Below, in pieces: positions 38,340 through 47,947 of a stretch of 64,000 bases of DNA. A program made the translations under genes and the position numbers. Position 1 is the stretch's first letter; each line of letters begins with the position of its first letter. The stretch is taken from contig NZ_CP020921.1 in the NCBI RefSeq assembly GCF_003057965.1, positions 1,476,916-1,540,915 of the forward strand, in the 5' to 3' direction. This stretch comes from Thermodesulfobium acidiphilum (GTDB lineage Bacteria > Thermodesulfobiota > Thermodesulfobiia > Thermodesulfobiales > Thermodesulfobiaceae). Below the pieces are notes generated by a model. It ran no database searches. It was not told where the DNA came from and was given only the letters and a program-made list of their open reading frames with translations.

Positions 38340-39602
38340 ATGGACAACACCAAAATGCACAAATCGCTTGGTATAGATTTAAAGGCTCATGATACCCTAA
38401 TTAGAGCACTTCCAGAATTATTTAAGGAATGTTTTTTAAATAAAGAACAGGATCTAAAAAGTCTTTCATACTTTTATTCAGTAGTTGCTGATATACACGG
38501 GACAAGAGTAAAAGAACTAATAGAACACAAAAATAAAGGACCCGTTATTGGTTCGTTTTGTATTTACGTACCCGAAGAAATAATTTTAGCTATAGGTGGA
38601 CAACTGGTAGGCCTTTGTGCAGGAGCTGATTTTTGGGTCCCATACGGAGAACAAATAGTACCAAAAAATCTGTGCCCATTAATAAAAGCAGGTATCGGAG
38701 CAAAATTTTCAAAAACCTGCCCATACTTTCAGGTAATAGACCTGTTAATAGGAGAAAATACATGTGATGGCAAAAAAAAGGCATGGGAAATACTTTCTGA
38801 TATGGTCGAGATGTATATAATGGATATGCCAAACAAAAAAAGCAATAGTGGGTTAAAGCTTTGGCAGGAAGAAGTAAAGAGTTTATGCAATTTCCTGGAG
38901 AAAAAATTCAGCAAACCTATAAGTTTTGATTCTCTTTTAAAAGCAGTACAGAAAGTAAATGCAAAAAGAAGTGCACTAAATAGACTTTATGAAACTAGAA
39001 AAAATTCTCCGACTCCAATATCAGGAATAGATACTCTATTAGTTACGCAAATAGGCTTTTATGATGACACAGAAAGATATACAAAAATGGTAGAAACTCT
39101 TGCCAAAGAATGTGAAGAAAAAGCATTATCAAATTCTAAAAGCAATGACAAAAAAAGAATTTTGGTTACAGGCTCTCCAATGGTTGTGCCTAATTGGAAG
39201 GTTCACCATGTGATAGAAACAAGTGGTGCCGATGTAGTGGTCGAAGAAAATTGCACCGGCACAAGATATTTTAAGGACAACGTTTCAATAGAAAATTCTT
39301 TAGCTAAAGAAGATCTTTTAAAGAATATATCAGATAGGTATATAAGGAACATAAATTGTGCATGTTTTTCTCCAAACACAGATAGAGAAGAAGAGATATT
39401 AAAAATTTGTAAAGATTATAAAGTTGATGGCATTGTATATGCATCGCTTAGCTTTTGTACTACTTATATGATAGAAGCAGAAAAAATAAGAAAAGTAGCG
39501 AAAAAAAATAATATACCTATGATTACAGTAGAATCAGATTACTCGTTTTCGGATCTTGGCCAACTCAGGACAAGAATAGAAGCCTTTATAGAAAACCTAT
39601 GA
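38340..39602 (+). CDS. Double-cubane [8Fe-9S] cluster protein (DCCP)-type anaerobic reductase (2-hydroxyacyl-CoA dehydratase superfamily)
   Basis: N-terminal LGIDL.AHD.L...YF..V...IHG.R.KEL and Cys motifs FCIYVPEE, GLCAG, LCPLIK, CPYF, TCDGKKK, ENCTG, NCACF, FC; C-terminal E.DYS..D.GQL.TR.EAF.E. Confidence 0.88.
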   Translation: MDNTKMHKSLGIDLKAHDTLIRALPELFKECFLNKEQDLKSLSYFYSVVADIHGTRVKELIEHKNKGPVIGSFCIYVPEEIILAIGGQLVGLCAGADFWVPYGEQIVPKNLCPLIKAGIGAKFSKTCPYFQVIDLLIGENTCDGKKKAWEILSDMVEMYIMDMPNKKSNSGLKLWQEEVKSLCNFLEKKFSKPISFDSLLKAVQKVNAKRSALNRLYETRKNSPTPISGIDTLLVTQIGFYDDTERYTKMVETLAKECEEKALSNSKSNDKKRILVTGSPMVVPNWKVHHVIETSGADVVVEENCTGTRYFKDNVSIENSLAKEDLLKNISDRYIRNINCACFSPNTDREEEILKICKDYKVDGIVYASLSFCTTYMIEAEKIRKVAKKNNIPMITVESDYSFSDLGQLRTRIEAFIENL

Positions 39603-40348
39603 AGATACTTGGTTTGGATATAGGCTCAAGGAGTATAAAATGGGTTCTTTATGAAACAAGTTTTAGTTGTATCTTAGAAAAAGGTATATTAGACAGTACC
39701 CCACACAGTCTTGAAAGAATAGAAGAAATTATCCCCTCCTTTGACAAAATTGGTCTTACCGGTTATGGCAGACATAATTTAAACAACGTACTAAGAACAA
39801 AATCTCCAAAGATAGTTTCAGAGATAACCTGTCACGCTAAGGGAGCAAAATTTATAGAGCCAGGACACCATTATTTATTAGATATTGGAGGTCAGGATAC
39901 AAAGTTTATAACTCTCGATGCATCAGGAAAAATTATAGATTTTAAACTTAATGATAGATGCTCAGCCGGAACGGGTAGATATATTGAAAATATGGCTAAA
40001 ATTTTAGATTTAGAGATTCAAGATTTTATAAACATGGCAATTAAATCCGAAAAACCTTCTAACATAAATTCAATGTGTACCGTATTTGCAGAAAGTGAAA
40101 TAATAAGTCTAATTCATTCGAGAGAAAGAATAGAAGACATATCTGCAGGAATAATAAAATCGTTAATATTTAGAACAAAAGCCTTAATTGGAACAAATAA
40201 AATAGATGAAAAAATATTACTATTGGGTGGTCTTTCAGAATTAGAAAACATAGAGATTTTGTTCGAAAGGTTTGATTTAGAAGTCAAAAAAAATGAACTA
40301 TCAAGGTATACAGGTGCATTGGGAGCAGCACTAGTTTTAGTTGATTAA
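39599..40348 (+). CDS. ATP-dependent activase (acyl-CoA dehydratase activase / DCCP-R type)
   Basis: GLDIGSRSIK, TGYGR, EI.CH..G, DIGGQDTK, NDRCSAGTGR and INSMCTVFAESE. Confidence 0.93.
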   Translation: MKILGLDIGSRSIKWVLYETSFSCILEKGILDSTPHSLERIEEIIPSFDKIGLTGYGRHNLNNVLRTKSPKIVSEITCHAKGAKFIEPGHHYLLDIGGQDTKFITLDASGKIIDFKLNDRCSAGTGRYIENMAKILDLEIQDFINMAIKSEKPSNINSMCTVFAESEIISLIHSRERIEDISAGIIKSLIFRTKALIGTNKIDEKILLLGGLSELENIEILFERFDLEVKKNELSRYTGALGAALVLVD

Positions 40349-40364
40349 AAAATTTTCACCCCTA

Positions 40365-40393
40365 TTGACATTTTATCATAAAAAATTTATTAT
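40365..40393 (+). promoter_or_regulatory. Sigma70-type promoter of the umuDC-like operon
   Basis: TTGACA-17nt-TATTAT. Confidence 0.75.
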
Positions 40394-40422
40394 TATGAAA
40401 AATAAACAATAGGGGTGAAAAA

Positions 40423-40719
40423 ATGCAAAGAACTGGATTCCCATCGCCTGCAAAAAATTACGAAAAGCTTGATATAGATCTTAACAAATTGCTAATAGAT
40501 AGTCCTTCTTCAACATTTTTCTTTAGAACAAAGAGGGATTATAAAGAATTAGGTCTAAAAAATGGGGATATCATAATAGTAGACAGGTCAAAACATCTGA
40601 GAAAATCTATCCTATTAGTCGTTTTACTGGACGGACGCCTTACAATAAAGAATATCTGTGATATAAAGCCAGAAACAGAAATATTTGGCAAAATTACCTA
40701 TGTCATTAGAAAATTGTGA
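40423..40719 (+). CDS. umuD: UmuD-like protein (short, catalytic Ser absent)
   Basis: GFPSPA..Y....DLN.LLI..P..TFF.R, GD..IVDRS, DG..T.K and I.G..TYVI; overlaps umuC. Confidence 0.8.
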   Translation: MQRTGFPSPAKNYEKLDIDLNKLLIDSPSSTFFFRTKRDYKELGLKNGDIIIVDRSKHLRKSILLVVLLDGRLTIKNICDIKPETEIFGKITYVIRKL

Positions 40720-41956
40720 AAGTCTTTTTGCCTTGATAGATTGCAATAATTTTTACGTATCGTGTGAAAGGCTATATAATCCAGCCCTATTATACAAACC
40801 TGTTGTCGTATTATCAAATAACGATGGGTGTATAATTGCAAGATCCAACGAGGCAAAAAAATTAGGGATAAAAATGGGTGTTTCGTATTTTCAAATAAGA
40901 GATTTCCTTAAAAAAAACAAAGTTGCGGTTATCTCATCAAATTATGAAATATATGAAGATATATCAAAGAGATTTATAAATATAATAAAGTCCAAAATAT
41001 GCTTTGTAGAAGCATATTCAATAGACGAAGCTTTCATAGAGTTAAAAGGAATTTTTAAAAAGAGGAGTTTTGAATTTTGTAAAGGGTTAAAGGAAGATAT
41101 ATATCGGCTTATAGGAATACCAGTTTCTATAGGTATAGGCAGAACAAAAACTCTGGCAAAGGTTGCAAACAAAATAGCCAAAAAAAATAAAGACCTCAAC
41201 GGAATATTTGATATAACAGGAAGGGAAGAAGAAATCCTCAAAACCTTTGATGTGGAAGATATATGGAGAATTGGCAAGAGCAAAGCCAATTGTCTGAAGG
41301 GTATGGGAATAACAAATGCCCTAAATCTATCAAAAATAGATAATTCACTTGCTCAAAAAACTCTTGGCATAAATGGCTTAACTACAGTATTCGAGTTAAG
41401 AGGAATAAAATGCATAAATTTACAAGAAAAAAAGCCTATCCAAAAGGAGATAATAGTATCAAGGTCTTTTGGACATGATATCGGCAACTATAAAGAATTG
41501 AAAGAAGGCGTTTCACATTTTTCTGCAATTGCTGCTAAAAATATGAGAAACCTAAACTTATATACAAAAACGTTATCTGTTTTTATAACTTCTAATCCAT
41601 TTAAAGATGGGTTTTATACTAATCAGGCAGAAATTAATTTTGACTTTTATACCAGAGATACATTTCTTATATTACAAGCTGCTGAAAAATGTCTAAATAA
41701 AATATTCAAAGAAAATATAAAATACAAAAAAGCCGGTGTAATCCTAAGGAATTTAACAAATTGCGTTTGTTTAGGAAATTTATTTACAAATTTAGAAATT
41801 GAAAACAAACACAATCTGATGAAAGCCATAGATTTATTAAACAAAAAAATAAAAAAAGACGCTGTATTCTTCGCTGCTGAAGGAGTAAATAAGCTCTGGC
41901 AAGCAAAAAAAGAATATACATCAAATTACAACGCAAGCGAAATAATTCTTATTTAA
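40700..41956 (+). CDS. umuC: Y-family DNA polymerase, UmuC type
   Basis: FALIDCNNFYVSCER, PVVVLSNNDGCIIARS.EAK, YSIDEAF, TKTLAK.AN and SRSFG. Confidence 0.94.
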   Translation: MSLENCESLFALIDCNNFYVSCERLYNPALLYKPVVVLSNNDGCIIARSNEAKKLGIKMGVSYFQIRDFLKKNKVAVISSNYEIYEDISKRFINIIKSKICFVEAYSIDEAFIELKGIFKKRSFEFCKGLKEDIYRLIGIPVSIGIGRTKTLAKVANKIAKKNKDLNGIFDITGREEEILKTFDVEDIWRIGKSKANCLKGMGITNALNLSKIDNSLAQKTLGINGLTTVFELRGIKCINLQEKKPIQKEIIVSRSFGHDIGNYKELKEGVSHFSAIAAKNMRNLNLYTKTLSVFITSNPFKDGFYTNQAEINFDFYTRDTFLILQAAEKCLNKIFKENIKYKKAGVILRNLTNCVCLGNLFTNLEIENKHNLMKAIDLLNKKIKKDAVFFAAEGVNKLWQAKKEYTSNYNASEIILI

Positions 41957-42051
41957 ACTTTCTAGTTAATTTAAAGATATAAATATCTTTTTGGTATGCT
42001 ACAATATACAAGCTTATGTCAAGATCTATAGATGAGAGAGGAGAGGGATGA

Positions 42052-43656
42052 ATGAACTTTTTGCTCGCTATTAGCCCGATTGTGCTTATTCTTTTAGGAA
42101 TGACAATTTTTTCAAGATCAGGATTTCTAATGTCAGTATTAGCATGGATTTTTACGTTCTTTTTAGCACTTATTTTTTTTAAAACTCCATTTGATGTTTG
42201 CTTAAACGCAACAATATTTGGTATTCTAAAATCTCTAAGTATTTCGTTAGCAGTATTTTTCACTATGTTATTAATTTTTATAATGAAAGTGACAAAAGCA
42301 CTCGATTCAATTGCCTACAAGCTCAAGAACTTATGTAAAACAAAAGAAGAACAGGTAATGTTTTTAGGACTCGGTTTCGGCTCTCTTGCAACCTCTTTAG
42401 GAGTAGTAACCCCAGCTCTCTTCCCACCGCTTCTTCTTACACTAGGATTTAGTCCTGTATCATCCATTGCTATATCAGTGCTTTGTTATGATCCCTTAAC
42501 ATCATTTGCACTATTATCAATCCCAATAACAGTACCTTCAGAGGTTGCATGGCAAGCATTCAAAATACAGCCACAAGGGATAACAAACCTTGAACACTTC
42601 ATAAATACATTTACTATAAACATTTCAATTTTTTTACCATTTATTTCTATTGGATTCGCATATATAATGCTCTATTTTATAGATGGCACAAATTCTCTTA
42701 AAAAGGGTTTTACCGGTGCGTTTTTGAGTGGGTTAGTTCTTGGTCTTAGTTGTCTAATTTTTTCTATTACAAAAATATTTCCAGTACAAATAATAGGAAC
42801 GCTTTCTGGTCTTTTAACTATGATTTTCGTACTTATATATCAAAAAATTACAAACGCTCAAAAGGAAACAGCCGAAGAAGAGAAAAAGCCAGAGATGTCA
42901 CTATTAAGGGCAATTTCTCCCTGGATATTACTTTTCTTGCTTGCCCTGACAACCAATCTTCCAGGTATCAACAAATTTTTATCAGATTTGCCTGGAAAAT
43001 ATGAAGTAATCACTCTTTATAAAAATCAATCTGTAGACCTTAACATATTATCCTCTATCTGGTTTTGGATAATGATAACAACGATAATATCAATTTTTTT
43101 ACTAAAGCCTACCAAAGAACAACTTTCTTCAGTCATGAAACTCTGGATAAAGAGATCACTTTCTCCCTTCGTAGCTTATTCTATATGTTTTTCGATTGCC
43201 ATGATAATGGCCTGGTCAGCTATGTCAAATAGTTCTGGAGTTTTAGTACCAAGCACTTATTATTCATCTTTTAATATGGACAGGATCATAGCCATAAAGA
43301 TAGCAATGCTCTCAGGAGCAGTATTCACCACGCTAATACCATATCTTGGGCTAATAGGCTCGTTTATAGGTGGTTCAGAAACAGCGTCAAACGTGTTCTT
43401 TGCAAAAATATTGTATGAATCTGTAAAAAGCGTCGGTTATGAAAATTATTTTATGATAATTTTTGGCGCACATGCTGTAGCAGGTGGAATCGCTTCAGCC
43501 ATAACCCCAGCTAAGATTACTAATGCAGCTATGACAATAGGGTGTAGTGGAAAAGAAGAATCAGAATTTATGAAGAAAGCTATCTTGCCAGTTATAATTC
43601 TCACATTTCTAACAGGAATTATTTTAACTGTATTTATAAGTTTTGGCGTACAATAA
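42052..43656 (+). CDS. L-lactate permease family protein (divergent type)
   Basis: LL..LGFSP, G.IGSFI.GS.T.SN..F and GG..S.I.P..I motifs. Confidence 0.82.
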   Translation: MNFLLAISPIVLILLGMTIFSRSGFLMSVLAWIFTFFLALIFFKTPFDVCLNATIFGILKSLSISLAVFFTMLLIFIMKVTKALDSIAYKLKNLCKTKEEQVMFLGLGFGSLATSLGVVTPALFPPLLLTLGFSPVSSIAISVLCYDPLTSFALLSIPITVPSEVAWQAFKIQPQGITNLEHFINTFTINISIFLPFISIGFAYIMLYFIDGTNSLKKGFTGAFLSGLVLGLSCLIFSITKIFPVQIIGTLSGLLTMIFVLIYQKITNAQKETAEEEKKPEMSLLRAISPWILLFLLALTTNLPGINKFLSDLPGKYEVITLYKNQSVDLNILSSIWFWIMITTIISIFLLKPTKEQLSSVMKLWIKRSLSPFVAYSICFSIAMIMAWSAMSNSSGVLVPSTYYSSFNMDRIIAIKIAMLSGAVFTTLIPYLGLIGSFIGGSETASNVFFAKILYESVKSVGYENYFMIIFGAHAVAGGIASAITPAKITNAAMTIGCSGKEESEFMKKAILPVIILTFLTGIILTVFISFGVQ

Positions 43657-43661
43657 AAGTC

Positions 43662-43696
43662 TGCTACCTCCATTTAGAATCCAAATGGAGGTAGCA
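43662..43696. terminator. Bidirectional terminator between the two lactate permeases
   Basis: TGCTACCTCCATTT-AGAATCC-AAATGGAGGTAGCA, a 14-bp perfect stem. Confidence 0.8.
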
Positions 43697-43703
43697 TTAT
43701 TAT

Positions 43704-45398
43704 TTACTTTCCTACAACAGGTATTAGATTAGGAAATACATAAGCATAAATCAATCCAATTATTCCTACTAAAATTGCAAGCAAAAAGCTATGAATAAGT
43801 GCTGATCTAAACAGTGGTGCAAAGGATTCTTCTGCAACCTTTCTATCAGAAAAAGTAGCAGCTAAAGCCACCACAATAGACTGTGGACTTATCATCTTGC
43901 CCATTACGCCACCAGCGCTATTAAGAGCAGTTGACAAAATTGGATTTATATGTAACTGTTCAGCAGTAATCTTTTGAAGATTTCCAAATAGCGCATTTGA
44001 AGACGTATCTGAACCTGTCAAGAATACTCCTAAATATCCTAACATAGCCGAGAAAAACGGAAAAGCCGAACCCGTAGACGCAAAAGCCAACGCAAGCTGA
44101 ACATCCATGCCTGCATACTTATAAAGAAATGCTATCCCAACAATCGAAGGTACAACTATAAAAGGTGCCTTCATCCTATTAAAGGTAGTATTAAAAGCAT
44201 TACCCCACTGTGCTCCAGACAACCTCAACCACAAACCTGAAAGAATTGCTGCAATCAATATACCCGTTCCTGTAGCACTAAGTAGTGGTAATACAAAAAC
44301 TGCATCTTTTAAAACTGTAGGCTTAGGAACCACAGGTGGCATCTTTGTAACCAAACCGTTCAAACCTTCTATTGGAAATTTAAAAACTAGTATTGAACTA
44401 AGTACTTTTGATATAGAAGGAGTTCCCCACATGATTATAACAATAACCAGAATCAACCATGGCACCCACGCATAGAATGTTTCTCCCGCAGAATATTCTC
44501 TGTTAACCTCTTTTGCCCAGTCGGCCACCCAAACTTTTTTTGGAGACCAAAAACGAAGAAATATTGCAAGAGATATAATAGACACGATACCCGCAAGAAT
44601 GTCTATTAATTGAGGACCAAGATGCTGAGCTAAAAAGTATTGTGTTAAAGCAAAGGATATGCCCGAAACAAATGCAGCAGGAATAACCTCAGAAAACTCC
44701 GACATGCTTTTCTTCTCAAGTAAAATTACGTATGTAAACATAATCCAGAATGGAACCAAAAAAGAAAAGAATGGCAAAATTCTTCCTACCATTGCTGTGA
44801 TATCGTTCACTGGCAAGCCTGTTACTTGACCCATCATAATCATAGGAATACCTACACCACCAAATGCAACTGGAGCAGTGTCTCCCAACAGACACAAAAG
44901 AGCTGCTTCAAGAGGGGCTATTCCCATTCCTACCAATATTGCCGCACATACTGCGACAGGAGTTCCAAAACCTGCAGCACCTTCAAGGAATGCTCCAAAA
45001 CCGAAGGCAACGATCAGGACCTGAACTCTCTTATCCTGAGTAATTTTCATAATACTATGGCGCATAACATCAAAAGAACCAGATATTACAGTCATTTCAT
45101 AAAGAAATAAAACTGTTATTACTATCCAGCAGATAGGATATAACCCAATCAAAGCACCCAAAAACCATGAAAGAAATGCCTGAGTAGCTGGCATTTTATA
45201 AATACCTATAGCAATTAGAAGAGCAACTACCGCAGCAGTCACAGTGGCAAAACGCGCATCTACTCCAAGCTTCTTTCTTCCTTGAGAATCTTTCCCTGGA
45301 TGCAGTGCCAGTAAGTAAAGTAAAATAATCAACGGCAATGAGGCACAAAAAACTGATAACGCAAAATTGTTTAGCGGATCATAGTTCTGTACAAACAT
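43704..45398 (-). CDS. L-lactate permease (LctP/LldP type)
   Basis: Q.YDP..N, FGAFLEGAAGFGTPVA, TAPVAFG..G.P, GVFLTGSDTSSNALFG.LQ and GGVMGKMISPQS. Confidence 0.95.
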   Translation of the reverse strand: MFVQNYDPLNNFALSVFCASLPLIILLYLLALHPGKDSQGRKKLGVDARFATVTAAVVALLIAIGIYKMPATQAFLSWFLGALIGLYPICWIVITVLFLYEMTVISGSFDVMRHSIMKITQDKRVQVLIVAFGFGAFLEGAAGFGTPVAVCAAILVGMGIAPLEAALLCLLGDTAPVAFGGVGIPMIMMGQVTGLPVNDITAMVGRILPFFSFLVPFWIMFTYVILLEKKSMSEFSEVIPAAFVSGISFALTQYFLAQHLGPQLIDILAGIVSIISLAIFLRFWSPKKVWVADWAKEVNREYSAGETFYAWVPWLILVIVIIMWGTPSISKVLSSILVFKFPIEGLNGLVTKMPPVVPKPTVLKDAVFVLPLLSATGTGILIAAILSGLWLRLSGAQWGNAFNTTFNRMKAPFIVVPSIVGIAFLYKYAGMDVQLALAFASTGSAFPFFSAMLGYLGVFLTGSDTSSNALFGNLQKITAEQLHINPILSTALNSAGGVMGKMISPQSIVVALAATFSDRKVAEESFAPLFRSALIHSFLLAILVGIIGLIYAYVFPNLIPVVGK

Positions 45399-45498
45399 AG
45401 ACTAACCCCCTTATATTTTTTATTGAAACCATAAGAATTGCTAATACATATCACCATCCTTTCTTTTATCTAAGCCATTTATTTACCTTTGGTATTTT

Positions 45499-45527
45499 AT
45501 TATATTTGGTATACAAGAGAAAATCAA
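45499..45527 (-). promoter_or_regulatory. Promoter of the lactate permease with a GntR/FadR-like operator in the spacer
   Basis: Minus strand TTGATT-17nt-TATAAT. The spacer contains CTTGTATACCAA (45506-45517). Confidence 0.6.
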
Positions 45528-45674
45528 GAAAAAATCAATATTAAGAATTGAATGACAATTCAAATAATTATAAAAAATCTATATCATCTTAATATTATGT
45601 TAAATTATTTATATATTTTTGAAATTTTATAAATTGTGTTATATTTAGGTTTACTTAATATAAGGAGGATAGAA

Positions 45675-47876
45675 ATGAAAAACGATAATAATAAAAAATT
45701 ATCCAAATTTAATTATGCTAAATTATGGCATACCATAAGTTTAAGATTAACACTATCGGCAATTCTAATTATCGTAATTTTTGGTACATCTATTATGCTA
45801 GTTTCATATTTCGTAATCAAGGAAAGCGTAAAAGACCAAACAATTGCTGCAATGCAAGAAACCGCAAAGGATTCAGTTGCAGGGATAAACAATTACATAA
45901 CAAATAGAATTGAAGCTCTTCAAAATCTTGCAAAAAATCCATCATTTCAAACTAATGATGAAAAAACCATATTAAACACGTTAAGCTCAGTCTTTCCAAT
46001 GTTTCCAGAAGCTGAGCTTATATTCTTTGTAAAAACTGATGGCAGTTATATTACAAACACAGGGCCAGCCAATGCGAATTTATCGGATAGAGACTATTTC
46101 AAAGAGGTCATGTCCACAGGAAAAACTACAACATCATCTCTGCTAATATCCAAAAGCACAGGGAAAAAGATATTTGTAATTGCTGTACCTGTATTAAATC
46201 AGTCAGGAAAGATAATAGGCATTGTAGCAGATGCTGTAAAAGCTGATGCAATAGACGAGATGATATCAAATATAAAATTTGGAAAGTCAGGATATGGCTT
46301 TTTGCTTGACAAAAGTGGCCTCTTTGTAGTACATCCTCTTAAAGAAATGGTTATGAAAGAAAATATTACAAATGTTAGCAAACTAATAACTCCATCACTT
46401 GCTGAACTTGGCAAGAGAGTAGTAAGCGAGTCCACAGGATATGGCACCTATAGTTTTCTTGGACAGGACAAGATACTTGTTTGGGATAGAATTCCCTCTA
46501 CTGGGTGGATATTAGCAATCCCTGTTTTATTGTCTGATTTCTACTCAGGACTTTACAACCTTCTCATAATTATACTTATAGCCATAATAGTAATATCTAT
46601 AATATCTCTCATAATATTTAAGTTCATATCAAAAAGCATTACAAAGCCTCTTTCAGAGATAGTGGAAGTAAACAAGAAGATTTCAGAAGGAGACTTAAAT
46701 GTAGATATAAATACCAATTACTTTGGTGAACTAGGACTTCTTTCACAGAGCACCAAGAAGATGGCAGAAAATACAAAGTCTGTAATACAGAGTCTAAAAA
46801 ACCTTGTGTCAGACTTACAGAGCGCATCTGAAAGGGTAAAAGAAAACGCAACTATATTGTCTCGTTCATCAGGAGAAGTTTCTCAGGCAGCTTCGAATAC
46901 AGCACATGGAGCAGAGGAGATATCAAAGATAGCTCAGACGCTCTCTAATAAAGTAAACACCTTCTCAAGCACTACTCAGGCAATTGCAAAGGGAGCAGAA
47001 GAACAGGCAAACAATACAGAGCAGATTGCCCAGATGATAGATCAGATAAACTCAATTATGGAAGAGACAAAGAAGAGCAACAAAGAACTCACAGATCTGT
47101 CTGTGTCAATGAAGGACAAGGCTCAGGACGGCAACATCCTTATGACAAAGACAAATGAGAGCTCTCACAAGAGCCTTGAATCTGTCAAGAAGTTGGCAGA
47201 GGTAATACAATCTCTTAGCAGGAAATCTGAGGATATTGGAAAAATTGTAGATCTGATATCAAACATCTCAGACCAGACAAATCTCTTAGCTCTAAATGCT
47301 GCAATAGAAGCTGCAAGAGCAGGAGATGCGGGCAGAGGCTTTGCAGTGGTTGCAGATGAAGTAAGAAAGTTAGCAGAGGAATCTCAAAAGGCTGCAAATG
47401 AAATAGCTTTAATAATAAGCGAAACCAACAAGGAAACGAGAAATGCAATGGACTCTATGCAAGATACCTTAAACGACGTAACCACAGGATTAGAAGCCTC
47501 AGAGTCTACGTCAAAGACTTTCCAGGCAATACTCACATCTATAGACAAGATAGGATCTCTCTTAGAACAAAGAGAAAAGATAGGAGCACAACTAATTGCT
47601 AACCTATCAACGGTAAACCTAAACGTTAGCAACCTTGCTGCCCTATCAGAAGAATACACTGCCTCAGCACAGGAAATGGCAGCTTCATCAAAAGAAATAT
47701 CTAATGAAATAGAAAGCCTTGCTGCGATCTCGGAAGAATCATCAGCTTCAGCACAGGAGCTCGCATCTACAACAGAAGAAAGTGATAAAATAGTAAAAGA
47801 GTTCGAGGAAATCTCGAAAAATCTTATGGAAAATACAGAAAAGATATCTGAAGAGGTAAAGAAGTTTAAAGTTTAA
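45675..47876 (+). CDS. Methyl-accepting chemotaxis protein (dCache + HAMP + MA)
   Basis: DRDYF, G..GYGFL.D..G..V.HP and [39 protein letters not shown] at 45675 follows AAGGAGG. Confidence 0.97.
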   Translation: MKNDNNKKLSKFNYAKLWHTISLRLTLSAILIIVIFGTSIMLVSYFVIKESVKDQTIAAMQETAKDSVAGINNYITNRIEALQNLAKNPSFQTNDEKTILNTLSSVFPMFPEAELIFFVKTDGSYITNTGPANANLSDRDYFKEVMSTGKTTTSSLLISKSTGKKIFVIAVPVLNQSGKIIGIVADAVKADAIDEMISNIKFGKSGYGFLLDKSGLFVVHPLKEMVMKENITNVSKLITPSLAELGKRVVSESTGYGTYSFLGQDKILVWDRIPSTGWILAIPVLLSDFYSGLYNLLIIILIAIIVISIISLIIFKFISKSITKPLSEIVEVNKKISEGDLNVDINTNYFGELGLLSQSTKKMAENTKSVIQSLKNLVSDLQSASERVKENATILSRSSGEVSQAASNTAHGAEEISKIAQTLSNKVNTFSSTTQAIAKGAEEQANNTEQIAQMIDQINSIMEETKKSNKELTDLSVSMKDKAQDGNILMTKTNESSHKSLESVKKLAEVIQSLSRKSEDIGKIVDLISNISDQTNLLALNAAIEAARAGDAGRGFAVVADEVRKLAEESQKAANEIALIISETNKETRNAMDSMQDTLNDVTTGLEASESTSKTFQAILTSIDKIGSLLEQREKIGAQLIANLSTVNLNVSNLAALSEEYTASAQEMAASSKEISNEIESLAAISEESSASAQELASTTEESDKIVKEFEEISKNLMENTEKISEEVKKFKV

Positions 47877-47901
47877 TAATAATTAATATTAATAAAATTT
47901 C

Positions 47902-47932
47902 AAATAACCCGGGGTCTATCCTCTGGTTATTT
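47902..47932 (+). terminator. Probable terminator hairpin after the MCP gene
   Basis: AAATAACCCGGGG...CCTCTGGTTATTT. Confidence 0.55.
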
Positions 47933-47947
47933 CTTTAAGGGGTAACT

